This document shows, piece after piece, positions 33,893 through 45,400 of a stretch of DNA of 52,993 nt. The stretch's first letter is position 1. The number at the start of each line of letters is the position of its first letter. Origin of the DNA: a virus (taxonomy: Duplodnaviria; Heunggongvirae; Uroviricota; Caudoviricetes); IMG/VR virus record IMGVR_UViG_3300019845_000023, positions 69,058-122,050 of that record; one strand, written 5' to 3'. Under the pieces are notes generated by a model, which worked only from the letters and a program-made list of their open reading frames with translations, was not told where the DNA came from and did no database searches. The translations under genes were made by a program, and so were the position numbers.

Positions 33893-33898
33893 TTATTC

Positions 33899-33929
33899 GG
33901 GGAAAGATTAATTTCTTTCCCCTATTTTT
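33899..33929 (+). terminator. Intrinsic terminator
   Basis: GGGGAAAGA-N6-TCTTTCCCC plus T-tract. Confidence 0.75.
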
Positions 33930-33944
33930 GTAAGGAGGGGCCTA

Positions 33945-35207
33945 ATGCTTGTAATTGATACTAATATTTTATTAGACTTCCCTCAGATTATTGAGGAAGA
34001 AACGGATGAACTTGTTATTGCTACAGATGTTCTTAAGGAGCTGGACGGATTAAAGTTACATCAGAATTTTGATGTTTCCTACAAAGCTCGCCGCGCCGCC
34101 GTTATAATTTCTCATAACTTAGATAAGTTAATATGGGATTGCACTCTTGAAAAAGAAAGATATGACAGTGTTGATGATAAGTTAATTGAAATTACGAAAC
34201 GTAGAGATGCTATATTGGTTACTAATGATGTTTACCTAAAAGTAAAAGCAATAACAAAAGGCGTAAAGACTCAGGCTTATGGTAAGACAGAAGCCTATAC
34301 GGGTGTCAAAGAAGTTCTTATAACACCAGAACATGACACGATGGTTGGTCAAATACTCGAAACTGGAGAGATACCAGATGAACTTGGAAAAGTTTATGAA
34401 AATCAGTTCGTCCTTTTTAAGGATGTAACCTCTCCATTTGTAAATAAACACGGCGAAACTGATTATGCTATCTATGATAGCTTCATCTGTAGCGGTGGAT
34501 ATTTACATCACTTATGTGAAGACTACGAGTTAAGAATTAAGAATGAATGGTGCGAGAAGCCCGATAAGGGAATTGGTCCTCGTAACCCAGAGCAGAAATG
34601 CTTGTTCAATATTCTTAATGACAGAAACATTACCATTGTTTACGCTGGTGGTAAATTCGGAACGGGTAAAAGCTTTATTATGAATAACTTTGCTTTGCAA
34701 GAAGTAGAGAGAGGAAGAATAAAGAAAATTGTCTATGTTCCTAACAACTCATATACAGAGAATACTATTGACATCGGTGCTTTGCCTGGCGAGCTACTTG
34801 ATAAGGTAGCTGGACAAATCGGTCCGCTTGTAGACTTGGTAGGTATCGACAAAGTACAAGATATGATTACTCATAATCAGCTTGAGGTTGTCAATATGGG
34901 TTCTATCCGTGGTCGTAGTTTCAGCGACTCAATCATTATAGTGAATGAGGCTCAAAACTTAACAGAAGACCATATTAAATTACTTATAGGAAGAGTAGGT
35001 GAAGGTTCTCGTATCTTTTTCGATGGCGACTTAAAGCAAGCAGATAGCGCCGTTTTTAGAAACAGAAATGGTTTAAAGTTACTTTTAAATTTAAGAAAGT
35101 CTCCCATTTACTCTCGTATATTTGCGACAGTCCAGTTAAAATTAACAGAGCGTAGTTTGACAGCGCAGGCTGCTTCTTACCTCGACGAATTTACGGGCGG
35201 CATTTAA
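33945..35207 (+). CDS. phoH: PIN-domain/PhoH-family ATPase
   Basis: N-terminal VIDTNILLD...ELD...DD...TND PIN; GKFGTGKS; IRGRSF; VNEAQN; GDLKQAD. Confidence 0.9.
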   Translation: MLVIDTNILLDFPQIIEEETDELVIATDVLKELDGLKLHQNFDVSYKARRAAVIISHNLDKLIWDCTLEKERYDSVDDKLIEITKRRDAILVTNDVYLKVKAITKGVKTQAYGKTEAYTGVKEVLITPEHDTMVGQILETGEIPDELGKVYENQFVLFKDVTSPFVNKHGETDYAIYDSFICSGGYLHHLCEDYELRIKNEWCEKPDKGIGPRNPEQKCLFNILNDRNITIVYAGGKFGTGKSFIMNNFALQEVERGRIKKIVYVPNNSYTENTIDIGALPGELLDKVAGQIGPLVDLVGIDKVQDMITHNQLEVVNMGSIRGRSFSDSIIIVNEAQNLTEDHIKLLIGRVGEGSRIFFDGDLKQADSAVFRNRNGLKLLLNLRKSPIYSRIFATVQLKLTERSLTAQAASYLDEFTGGI

Positions 35208-35209
35208 GG

Positions 35210-35267
35210 AAAAGGGCGACGAAAGTCGTCCTTTTTTATTGACTTTTTAACCAAATAATGTTATAAT
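35210..35267 (+). promoter_or_regulatory. Terminator hairpin immediately followed by a σA promoter
   Basis: AAAAGGGCGAC-gaaa-GTCGTCCTTTT; TTGACT(35239)-N17-TATAAT(35262). Confidence 0.85.
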
Positions 35268-35298
35268 ATTTATAGAATTAAAAGAAAAGGGTGAAGAA

Positions 35299-36009
35299 AT
35301 GGCTAAGCGTATACCTGAAGAAATTATATAGAAAATTCCTATTCTTTATAAAGAGTACGGAGTAAAGAACAAAGTAGCTGAAGAGCTTGGTATCTCCGTG
35401 TCCAGTGTCTCTAAATATTTAACAATATTTGAAGCCGCGCCACAAGAGAAAGAACCTAAGAAGAAAACAAAGATAACTCCAGAGGTAATTGAACAAATCA
35501 ATAAAAGATATTCCGAATGTAAGAATATGTCACAGGTGGCAAGAGAATTAGGAATATCAGCAACGACAGTTAAGAATTATCTTTCAGAAGAAAATCTTCA
35601 GCTAAAACAAATTGAATGTGATGATAGAGATGCTCTCTGGTTTTACATTTTCAGATTGTTTGGTAAGCACTCTGATGAAAAGCCAGTAAGTGATTGGAAT
35701 ATCACACAAATGCAGAAGTTTCGTAAGCAGGGGATGCCCTATAGAGGGCAGCTTCTAACTTTGAAATGGTTCTATGAAGTAAAGAAAAACTCAAAGGAAA
35801 AGTCCAATGGAAGTATTGGAATAATTCCGTTTGTTTATGATGATGCTCGACGTTATTATGAAAAGCAAGCAAAGAAAGCTGATGAAATTGGACAGGCAAT
35901 TCAGAAGCAACTTGAACAAGACAGAATTGAAATCAAGTACAATCCGAGTGACTATATCGGCAAAAAGACCCGTCGTAAGTTAATTGACTTGAACGAGATA
36001 GGAGAGTGA
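35299..36009 (+). CDS. Double-HTH protein upstream of the helicase (possible initiator/loader or regulator), 236 aa
   Basis: KVAEELGISVSSVSKYL and QVARELGISATTVKNYL; the first HTH needs TAG at codon 11 read through. Confidence 0.75.
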
Positions 36010-36013
36010 TATA

Positions 36014-37708
36014 GTGATTTAGGTTGACAGAAGAACAATTATTCAAATTCTCGGCAGTTTGATGTGCCGCCCTGAGCTTTTAAGTGATGTCGATAAATAT
36101 CAGCTTGAGCCGACAGATTTTAGTCAGCAACTTGATAAGATGATATTTTCAGCAATCTATAATTTGTTTGCGGGCGGCGCAGAAAGAATACATACGATAG
36201 ACGTTGATACTTATTTACAGACTAATGAGGTTGCGAAGAATCTTCTCGAAAAGAATAATGGCTTAGCTTTTATTCAAGACTGTGAAGATTTAGCAGACCC
36301 CGCAAACTTTCAGCTTTATTACAATAAACTCAAAAAGATAAATCTTCTTAGAGATTTATAGAAGAACGGCAGAGATATTTCTCCATTCTATTGTGAAGAC
36401 CCATTGAATGAGAAATATGCGGAAATCAATGAGCGTTTTGAGAAGATGACCGCTACTGACATATTTAATAGTCTTCGAGGGGAACTCGCAGATTTGGAAA
36501 ATAAATATGTCATTAATAGCGTTGTTGAAGAAAGTAATGCCGCCACAGGTATTAGAGAATTGATTAAGAACTTGAAGGAGACTCCTGAAATTGGCGTCCA
36601 TCTTCAGGGAGAGATATTCAATACTGTGTGTCGCGGTGGCAGAAAAGGAAAGTTATATCTTCGTTCAGCAGGTTCTGGTGTTGGTAAAACTCGTTCTATG
36701 GTTGGTGATGCTTGTCAAATAGCTTATCCAGTCAGATATGATACTAAGTATCAGAAATGGGTTTATACTGGCGAGCCAGAGAAGGTTTTGTATGTAATGA
36801 CAGAGCAAGACCCTGCAGAAATTCAGACAATGATTCTTGCGTATCTTACGGGATATAATGAAGATATGTTCTTGTATGGTACTTATAAAGAAGAGCATAT
36901 GGATAGAATTATGAAGGCAATAGATATTATGGAACGTTATAAGGATTATATGCTATTTGCTCGTATTCCAGACCCTTGTGCTTCAGTTATCAAGAATCTG
37001 TTTAGAAGATATAGTTTACAGTATAACGTAGAGAACTTCTTTTACGATTATATCTTCTCTTCTCCTGCTATGCTCAATGAGTATAGAGATTTAAAGTTAA
37101 GAGAAGACGTATGTTTAAGACTCTTAACAACAGCAATTAAGAATTTAGCTGTTGAGCTGGACGCTTTCATAATGTCAGCTACGCAGTTAAGTGGAGACGA
37201 TGACCCAAAGGGAGGATTTAAAGACTTTAGAAATATTCGAGGTTCTAAAGCGATTGCCGACCTTGCTGACTTTGCCGCGATACGTAGACGACCAAGTCCA
37301 GAAGAACTCCAGCTTGTTGCTGATTTTGAAAAGCGTTATAACTTTAAACCTAATGCTATTACAGACGTATTTAAGAATCGTCGTGGACGTTGGACGATGA
37401 TAAGTATTTGGTCAGCTGTAGATTTGGGAACGTTAAGAACAGTTGATTTGTTTGTAACAACTCCAGACTATAAACCTATCCAAGATTTCCAAATCGTTAA
37501 TTTTGTATCTGTTGATATGAATAAGAGAAGGGAAATGGAAGAGTTTTATAATGATGGCGTATTAACAGATGAAATGGCAGATGAGCTATTAGCTAATCTT
37601 GAAGCACAAATGCCAAAGACAGTAACAGACTCAATCACCGAAGCATTTGGTGACGTAAAGGAAACTAAAGAAAGGTTGAAGAATTTGGACTTCGATGATT
37701 TATTATGA
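36014..37708 (+). CDS. dnaB: DnaB-like replicative helicase, 564 aa
   Basis: SAGSGVGKT Walker A, FFYDYI, SATQL, IRGSKAIAD, FKNRRG; track ORFs joined by TAG at codons 3 and 116; GTG start. Confidence 0.88.
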
Positions 37709-38775
37709 GAATTGATTTAAAGAAAGTTGAACAGGAGCTAACTCCAGAAAGAATCATTGAGCTGGTAACTGGCCTCGGTGCTGACAGATATGAAGAGAAA
37801 AATGATTACATAATCTTTCCGACTATCTGTCATAACGAGGAAGCCTCCGAAGCAAAAATGAAATTATATTACTATAAGCGTAATCATAAGTTTCATTGTT
37901 ATACAGATTGCGGAGAGAATTTTAACATCTATCAGCTTTTTGAAAAACGTTATGAGCTTCTTGGAATTGAATACGATTTCTATAAAGATATTGTATTAAA
38001 AATAGTTGACGGTATCAGCTTTCATCAATTCCAAGATGGATTTGGTTCTAAATATAAAAGTCTTGAAGATAGATATACAAGACAAGAAACTATCGTTGAA
38101 ATAAAACCCATTAAGAAAAGTTTATTAAATATATATAGTTTCTACGCAACTGTAGAATGGTTGAATGATGGTATTAGCGAAGAAGCTATGAAAGTATTTA
38201 ACATTCTATATGATGTTATTCATAATAAAATAATTATACCACATTATGATGAAAATGATGAGTTAATCGGTATAAGAGGCCGCGCCCTCAATGATGAAGA
38301 TTTGGTATATGGTAAATATATGCCAGTATCAATAGAGGGAAAAATATATGCCCATCCTCTCGGTTATAATCTTTATGGCTTGAATATGAATAAAGAGAAT
38401 ATCCGAAAGAAGAAAATGGCAATTATATTTGAAGCTGAGAAATCAGTTCTTCAATATGAAACTATGTACGGACGTGAAAATAATATTGCAGTTGCAGTAT
38501 GTGGTAGTTCAATTTCATATTATCAAATGCAATTATTATATGACCTTGGTGTTGAAAGAGTAATCGTAGCTTTTGACAGCCCTTCAGTTATTAACTGGGA
38601 GGAGCTGGATAAACATTACAATAAACTGAAGAAGTTATGTGAAAGATTTGTATATAAGTGTAGAATGGGATTTGTTATTGACTATAAGAATATCCTCGGT
38701 GCGAAAGATAGTCCTACTGATTTAGGCAAGACCGCGTTTGAGGAAATTATGAAACGCCCGATTTGGCTAAATTAA
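37705..38775 (+). CDS. dnaG: DNA primase (Zn-finger plus TOPRIM)
   Basis: TICHN...FHCYTDC; IIIPHYD...IRGR; FEAEKS; VAFD; no TAG. Confidence 0.88.
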   Translation: MRIDLKKVEQELTPERIIELVTGLGADRYEEKNDYIIFPTICHNEEASEAKMKLYYYKRNHKFHCYTDCGENFNIYQLFEKRYELLGIEYDFYKDIVLKIVDGISFHQFQDGFGSKYKSLEDRYTRQETIVEIKPIKKSLLNIYSFYATVEWLNDGISEEAMKVFNILYDVIHNKIIIPHYDENDELIGIRGRALNDEDLVYGKYMPVSIEGKIYAHPLGYNLYGLNMNKENIRKKKMAIIFEAEKSVLQYETMYGRENNIAVAVCGSSISYYQMQLLYDLGVERVIVAFDSPSVINWEELDKHYNKLKKLCERFVYKCRMGFVIDYKNILGAKDSPTDLGKTAFEEIMKRPIWLN

Positions 38776-38786
38776 GGAGGATTTGA

Positions 38787-40586
38787 ATGAAGTATATAAG
38801 AAAGACAAGTAAAGATATAACTCATGACTTCTTATCTGAATTACTTGCAGATAGAAATATGAATTTTGGTGAGAACCCCACCTTATTCTTCCATCCAAGC
38901 TGGGAAAATGAACTTCCCTCAACAGATTTGGATAATATATAGGAAGGTTATGAGTTACTTAAGAAGCACATACATAATGGTAGCAAGATGTTCATATGCG
39001 TTGACTCAGACGTTGATGGATTTACAAGTGCCGCCTTAGTATATTGTTTCTTGATGAATACTTACGGAGTTAAGTATTAGATTTCAATTGACTATCACGT
39101 TCCTGAAGGAAAGGAGCACGGACTTCGTACTCTTATGGATATGTTCACAAAGGAGAAGATTTGTGACTTAATCATACTCCCCGATAGCTCAAGTAATGAC
39201 TATGAGGAACATAAGATATTGAAGGATATGGGATATGACATTCTTGTACTTGACCACCACGAAGCTGACCATTATAGTGAAAATGCAATCGTTATTAACA
39301 ATCAGCTTTCAAAGAATTATGAGAATAAGTCTTTAAGTGGTGTAGGAGTTGCATATAAATTCCTTGAATATTTTGAACACGCTTTTGAAAGTGATTTAAT
39401 TTCTACTATGGGTGAAGAAGGAATATATGAAGCAGAAGGCTGGGAACCTCATATTCAGGATTATATTGACCTTGTAGCACTTGGAGAAATAAGTGATATG
39501 ATGAATATGAATACTCTTGAAAATCGTTGGTTCTGTGAAGAAGGACTTTCTCATATAAACAATGGTTTCTTTAAGGAACTTGTTACAAAGCAGTCATACT
39601 CATTGGGTGACGGTCCACTTACACAAATTGGAATTGCTTTCTATATAACACCACTTATAAACGCTTTAATCAGAGTTGGCTCTGACTTAGAGAAGGAAAG
39701 ATTATTTGAAGCATTTCTTATGCCAGAGAAGATAGTTCCTTCTACAAAGCGTGGAGAAAAGGGACAGACTGAAACTCTTGCAACACAGAGTGCAAGAAAT
39801 TGTGTAAATGCTAAGTCCCGTCAGAAGCGTGAAATGGATAAGGCAACTCAGTTACTTGATGTGCAGATTATTAACAATGACCTTGATAATAATAAAATCC
39901 TTATTCTCAATGCAGATGACTTAAATGTTTCAACAACATTAACTGGTCTTTGTGCTATGAACGTTGCAGCTGCACATAAGAAGCCCGTTATGTTGGGAAG
40001 AATAAGTCCTGATGGATATTTAAAAGGTTCAATTAGAGGCCGCGGCGAGTCAGAGTTAAAGGACTTCAGAGCTTTCCTTCTTGAAAGTGGTCTTATGGAT
40101 TACGTAGAAGGACACGGTAATGCCGCAGGCTTCAGCATTAAGCAGTCAAATGTTGATAAACTTACTGCATATGCAAATGAGAAGTTGAAGGACATTAACT
40201 TTAATGAAGGATACTATGAAGCTGATTTCGTAGTTCAAGGCAACTGTTCATATCTTGCTGATATGATTATAGACCTTGAAAGAGGACGTTCTCTTTGGGG
40301 TCAGCAGAATGATGAGCCTATTATCATTGTAAAGGATATTACACTTGATGTAAAGGACATTCAGGCAATCGGCTCTTATAAGGATACATTAAAGTTTTCT
40401 TTCAATGGAATAACATATGTTAAGTTTAAGGCTAAGGCTTTACTTGATGAATTATTCTTGAAGAGCGGCAAGATAAATATCACAATTGCAGGCCGCGGCA
40501 ACATAAATAATTGGGGCGGTAAGTCAACCCCACAGATTTTACTTGATGAAATGGAAATCAAGGAGTGTAGTGAGGAGGACTTTTAA
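38787..40586 (+). CDS. recJ: RecJ-like DHH/DHHA1 ssDNA exonuclease, 599 aa
   Basis: DSDVDG motif I lies between two TAG (codons 52, 98); LDHH, SGVGVAYK, GSIRG, GHGNAAG. Confidence 0.92.
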
Positions 40587-40975
40587 TGGTACTTCTTGTA
40601 GCAGGAAGTCGTGATTATTATGATTACGATGAGTTTAAACAGGTTATGGATTATACCCATAATAAGTATCATATAGATAAAATTGTGAGTGGCGGCGCAA
40701 GAGGCGCCGACTCACTTGCAGAAAGATATGCTAATGAAAATAATATTCCAATTAAAGTATTTCCAGCCAGATGGAGTGTTTATGGTAAATCAGCAGGTTT
40801 TATTCGTAATGAAGATATGCACAATTATTTAAGTCTATATGGAAATAGAATGTGCTTGTGTTTTTGGGACGGAAAGAGCCGCGGCACAGCACATAATTTT
40901 AAACTTTGTAAGAAAAATAACACCAGATTGGTTTGTTATAATTTTAAATTACATAAAGTAATGGAGGGTTTATAA
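40586..40975 (+). CDS. SLOG/DUF2493-family protein
   Basis: VAGSR, VSGGARGAD, AGFIRN, FWDGKSRGT. Confidence 0.8.
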   Translation: MVLLVAGSRDYYDYDEFKQVMDYTHNKYHIDKIVSGGARGADSLAERYANENNIPIKVFPARWSVYGKSAGFIRNEDMHNYLSLYGNRMCLCFWDGKSRGTAHNFKLCKKNNTRLVCYNFKLHKVMEGL

Positions 40976-41190
40976 TGGGAGAATTTGTAGTAGGCGAGCT
41001 TTGCAAAAAGACAGAAGAGTGGAGAGTTAACGACGAGATTGAGGCTAAGGCATTAATTGAAGATGCTAAGAAAAATGAAGCCGTTGAAGGCTATGAGCTC
41101 AAGTCTTATAAAATGGTAAAGAAGGATAAGAAATCTAAGGGCGAGATTATTGATGAATGGGTAATCGTTACACTTGTAAAACAGTGGTGA
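40975..41190 (+). CDS. Hypothetical protein, 71 aa
   Basis: TAATG overlap, GGAGG RBS. Confidence 0.7.
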   Translation: MGEFVVGELCKKTEEWRVNDEIEAKALIEDAKKNEAVEGYELKSYKMVKKDKKSKGEIIDEWVIVTLVKQW

Positions 41191-41197
41191 TAATCTA

Positions 41198-41704
41198 ATG
41201 AAACACGTCATGGAGCCTGAATTTGAAGACCTCAAAAATCCAATGATTGCATATATAGCTATTCAAGCAACAATGCATGAAACTTGGGGCGGTGAAGATT
41301 ATTTCGACCAAGTAGGTCATTATTTTTCAAATGAAATTCTAAATGAATTTGCCGACTATCTTATTGAACAGAATGTCCTCAGTCAAGAAGATAAGAAAGC
41401 AATGATGAATGAGAGATACAAAGAGCTTTTAGATATTCCAAATTTTTTGGAGGATAAATATACTGAAGTCGATACCGATGAAACTTGGGAAGCGAATAGA
41501 GATTTTCGTACAAACATTTGGGATAAAGTATATTATTACTTTGCTAACTATATTTCACAAAAGGATAGAGATACTCTTTTAACTTTCCAACAGACTATTC
41601 ATGAAGATGCTCCATGTCAATGGGATACAAAAGATTGGCTGTTTTGGACAGAAGAATATTATAGATTGAAAAATACTTCATATATAGGAGAGAAAATCGA
41701 ATGA
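41198..41704 (+). CDS. Hypothetical acidic protein, 168 aa
   Basis: Open frame, ATGA overlap with the next gene. Confidence 0.7.
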   Translation: MKHVMEPEFEDLKNPMIAYIAIQATMHETWGGEDYFDQVGHYFSNEILNEFADYLIEQNVLSQEDKKAMMNERYKELLDIPNFLEDKYTEVDTDETWEANRDFRTNIWDKVYYYFANYISQKDRDTLLTFQQTIHEDAPCQWDTKDWLFWTEEYYRLKNTSYIGEKIE

Positions 41705-42018
41705 AAGTGATTATAAGACCAAGGGGATATGGAAAGACTACCCTGCTTGTGTAGACAGCAGCGAAGAATAATTTTCCGATACTTTGTGCACGTGAGTGTA
41801 ATAAAAGAATCTACGAAATAAGAGCAAAATAGCTGGGGCTCCCAGTACCTCAAATCTTTACTGTAAGTGATATGTTAAAAGGAAAAACAAGAGGTACGTG
41901 CTATAAAGATATGTTAGTCGATGAAGCTGATGATGTATTAGCTTAGTTTATGAGGGAAACAAGTTATTGTACACCTTTAATAGCAACAATGACAATCGAG
42001 GAGGAGAAGTTAAAATGA
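41701..42018 (+). CDS. Miniature P-loop protein, 105 aa (absent from ORF track)
   Basis: RPRGYGKTT Walker A and MLVDEAD Walker B; 3 TAG; ATGA overlaps at both ends. Confidence 0.75.
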
Positions 42019-42137
42019 AAATTCACAGAGACGAAAAGGACAATTACAAGAAGAAGATTGACCGTTTCAAGGACGAGATGTCTCGCCGCAACAAGGAAAT
42101 ACAGAAAGAACGAGAACGTAAGAAAAACAGTAAGTAA
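42015..42137 (+). CDS. Small basic peptide, 40 aa
   Basis: GAGGAG RBS; Lys/Arg-rich; stop directly before a terminator. Confidence 0.55.
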   Translation: MKIHRDEKDNYKKKIDRFKDEMSRRNKEIQKERERKKNSK

Positions 42138-42140
42138 GCA

Positions 42141-42187
42141 AAAGGTCAAGACTATGTCTTGACTTTTTCTGTATTTTATGTTATAAT
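42141..42187 (+). promoter_or_regulatory. Composite terminator hairpin plus σA promoter of the dnaE operon
   Basis: GTCAAGAC-tat-GTCTTGAC then T-tract; TTGACT(42159)-N17-TATAAT(42182). Confidence 0.85.
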
Positions 42188-42222
42188 ATATATGTAAGAA
42201 AAATAAGATAGGAGAATTATAT

Positions 42223-42414
42223 ATGGTGAAAATTCTTGAAGAAGGATTGTATGGAAAAGTCCTCTTTAAATGCTCAGAATGTGATTGTGTATTTGAAGTC
42301 GATGAAGAAGAATGTGACCAAGACTGGTCTAACCATAGTATTCCTTGGACACACAAATGTCCTAAATGTAAAAATCTCTGCAAATCTAATAAGGGTTGTA
42401 GAAAAAATAAATAA
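42223..42414 (+). CDS. Small Zn-ribbon protein
   Basis: FKCSECDC...KCPKC; GGAG RBS. Confidence 0.7.
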   Translation: MVKILEEGLYGKVLFKCSECDCVFEVDEEECDQDWSNHSIPWTHKCPKCKNLCKSNKGCRKNK

Positions 42415-42431
42415 AGGAGGGTTTCTACTGA

Positions 42432-45400
42432 ATGAGCTTAAATGATATACCTCGTTTTGATACCCACTCTCATAGTGAGTATAGTAATATTCGTTTAATT
42501 GACTCAATCAATAAGATACCAGATATGATTAAGACAGCACATCGTCTTGGAATGAAGGGTATTGCATTGACTGACCACGAATGTGTCAGCGGTCATTTAA
42601 AGTGGTTACAGACAGAAAAGAAGTTAAAAGAAAAGGGAGAGATACCCGAAGATTTCAAGTGTGCGTGCGGTAATGAGATTTATCTCGTTGATGACAGAGC
42701 AAACATTGAAAGATACTGGCACTATATCTTAATTGCGAAAAATGCAGATGGACATAAGGCAATCAGAGAATTAAGTTCTACCGCTTGGTATCACAGTTTT
42801 ACCTCTCGCGGCATGACAAGAGTTCCGACAGAAAAGAAAGAACTTGAAGCAATAGTTAAGAAGTATCCTCATTCTCTTATTGCAACAACTGCTTGTATTG
42901 GTGGACAGCTTGGAGGAAGAGTTCTTCAATTAGTAAAAGCTGAAGACCACGGCGATATGGAAGAAATTATCCGTTGTAAGCAGGATATAGATGCCTTCAT
43001 TAGATGGAATCTTGAACTATTCGGTGATGATTTCTACATTGAGGTTGCTGCCGGTCAATCAAAAGACCAGATTAGATTTAATAAGAGAATTGCCTCAATA
43101 GCTAATAATTATTTGGTAAGAATGGTAATCGGTTCAGACGCACACTATCTTACTGCGGCAGAACGTCCTCTTCACAAGGCTTATCTTAATTCAAAGGAAG
43201 GCGACCGTGAGGTTGATGAGTTCTACTTTGATGCTCATATGATGGATAATGAAGAAGCCTTTGGAAATCTTCAAGTTGCTTTCTCAGAGGAAGACTTTGG
43301 TCAAATGTGCGTAAACTCAATGGAGATTTACGATAAGATTGAGCCATTCAGTCTTGAACATACATCAATTATTCCAGAGGTTGAGGTAAGAGATTATCCA
43401 CAAATCTTCTCTCCTTATGGAGATAAATATCCAGTAATAAATGGATTATTTATGAGTAATGACATTCAAGAAAGATATTGGATAAATGAGTGTATACAGG
43501 CGCTTATTAATAAGCGTTTAATCACAGAGCCGGAATATCTTGAAAGACTTGAAATAGAAGCTGATGTTATTAAGACAATCGGTGAAAAGCTTAATGATTG
43601 TTTGTTTAAATACTTTAATACCTTCCAGCATTTCATTAACTTGTTCTGGGATTGCGGTTCAATCGTAGGTCCTGGACGTGGTTCAGCAGTATGTTTCCTT
43701 TCAAACTACTTACTCGGTATCACTCAGCTTGACCCATTAAAGTGGGGACTTAAGTATTGGCGTTTCCTTAATAAAGAACGTGTTGAGTTACCTGATATTG
43801 ATATTGACCTTTCTCCTTCAAAGCGTAAGAAAATCTTTGAAGCAATCCGTAAAGAACGTGGTGAGTTAAACGTTATTCAAGTTTGTACTTTCGGTACAGA
43901 AGGAACCCGTTCAGCGATTGCCGCGGCAGGACGTGGTTATCGTTCAGAAGCATATCCTAATGGACTTGAAGTTGAAACTACTCAATATCTTAGTGGTCTT
44001 ATTCCACAAGAACGTGGCTTCTTATGGTCAATTCACGATGTCGTTTATGGTAATCCTGAGAAGGGTAGAGCTCCTATTGGAGCATTTATCGCTGAAGTAG
44101 AGAAGTACCCTGGTCTTCTTGAGATTATTGAGTCAATTGAAGGACTTGTAAATAAAAGAGGTCAGCACGCTTCTGGTGTTATTCTTTATAACACAAATCC
44201 TTGCGATACTGGTGCGATAATGAGAAGTCCTAACGGAGACCTTACAACTCAGTTCTCACTTCACGAAGCTGAGGCAATGGGCGACGTTAAATATGACTTC
44301 CTTGTAACTGAAATTTGTGATAAGATAACAACTTGTATCGAACTTATGCAGAAGGACGGTATTGTTGAAAAAGACTTATCATTAAGAAATATTTATGACA
44401 AGTATCTCCACCCATCTGTATTAAATCTTGAAGATAAGAGAATGTGGGACGCTCTTGGACAGGGAACTGTTCTTGATGTATTCCAGTTCAGTACAGGTGT
44501 TGGTCTTGCAACTGCAAAGCAGGTTAAGCCTCAGAATCCAACCGAAATGACTTCAGCAAATGCGATAATGAGACTTATGGGAGAAAGAGGAAAAGAAAGA
44601 CCACTTGATAGATATTGCCGTCTTAAGGAGGATATTGGTCAGTGGTATAAAGAAGCAAGAGATAGAGGACTTAGCGAAGACGAAATAAAAATCCTTGAAC
44701 CATACTACTTGCCTCGTTTTGGCGTTCCTGCACTTCAAGAAGACCTAATGGAGATTTGTATGGACGACAAGATTGCACACTTCTCATTAAAAGAAGCTAA
44801 CGCGGCACGTAAAACTGTTGCGAAAAAGCATATGGAAGAAATTCCTGCACTCCACGATAAGTTCGTTGATGCTTGTCCGAATAAGAATTTCGGTGATTAC
44901 GTTTGGGAAACTACAATGGGTCCTCAGATGGGTTACTCATTCTCACTTCCTCACTCACTTGCATATTCATTCGTTGGTATTCAAACATTATACTTAGCAA
45001 CAAATTATCCCGCTATCTATTGGAACTGTGCTTGCTTAATTGTTAATGCCGGCGGTGCAGATTTGTTAGATACAGACGACGTTGATACAGATGCTGAAGA
45101 GACAGACACAACAGTCAAGAAGAATAAGAGCGTAAACTATGGTAAAATAAGTGCCGCCATAGGAGATTCTAAGACACGAGGAATTACTGTATTGCCGCCA
45201 GATATAAATGAGTCAGACTTAATCTTCAAGCCTGAGTTAAAGCGTAATGCTATCATCTATGGTATGAAGGGAATTAATCGTATAGGCACAAAACTCGTTT
45301 ATGAGATTTTCAATAATCGTCCTTACACAAGCATTGAAGATTTCTTATCAAAGGTTAAGGTAAATAAGCTGCAAATGTTCTCACTTATAAAGGCGGGAGC

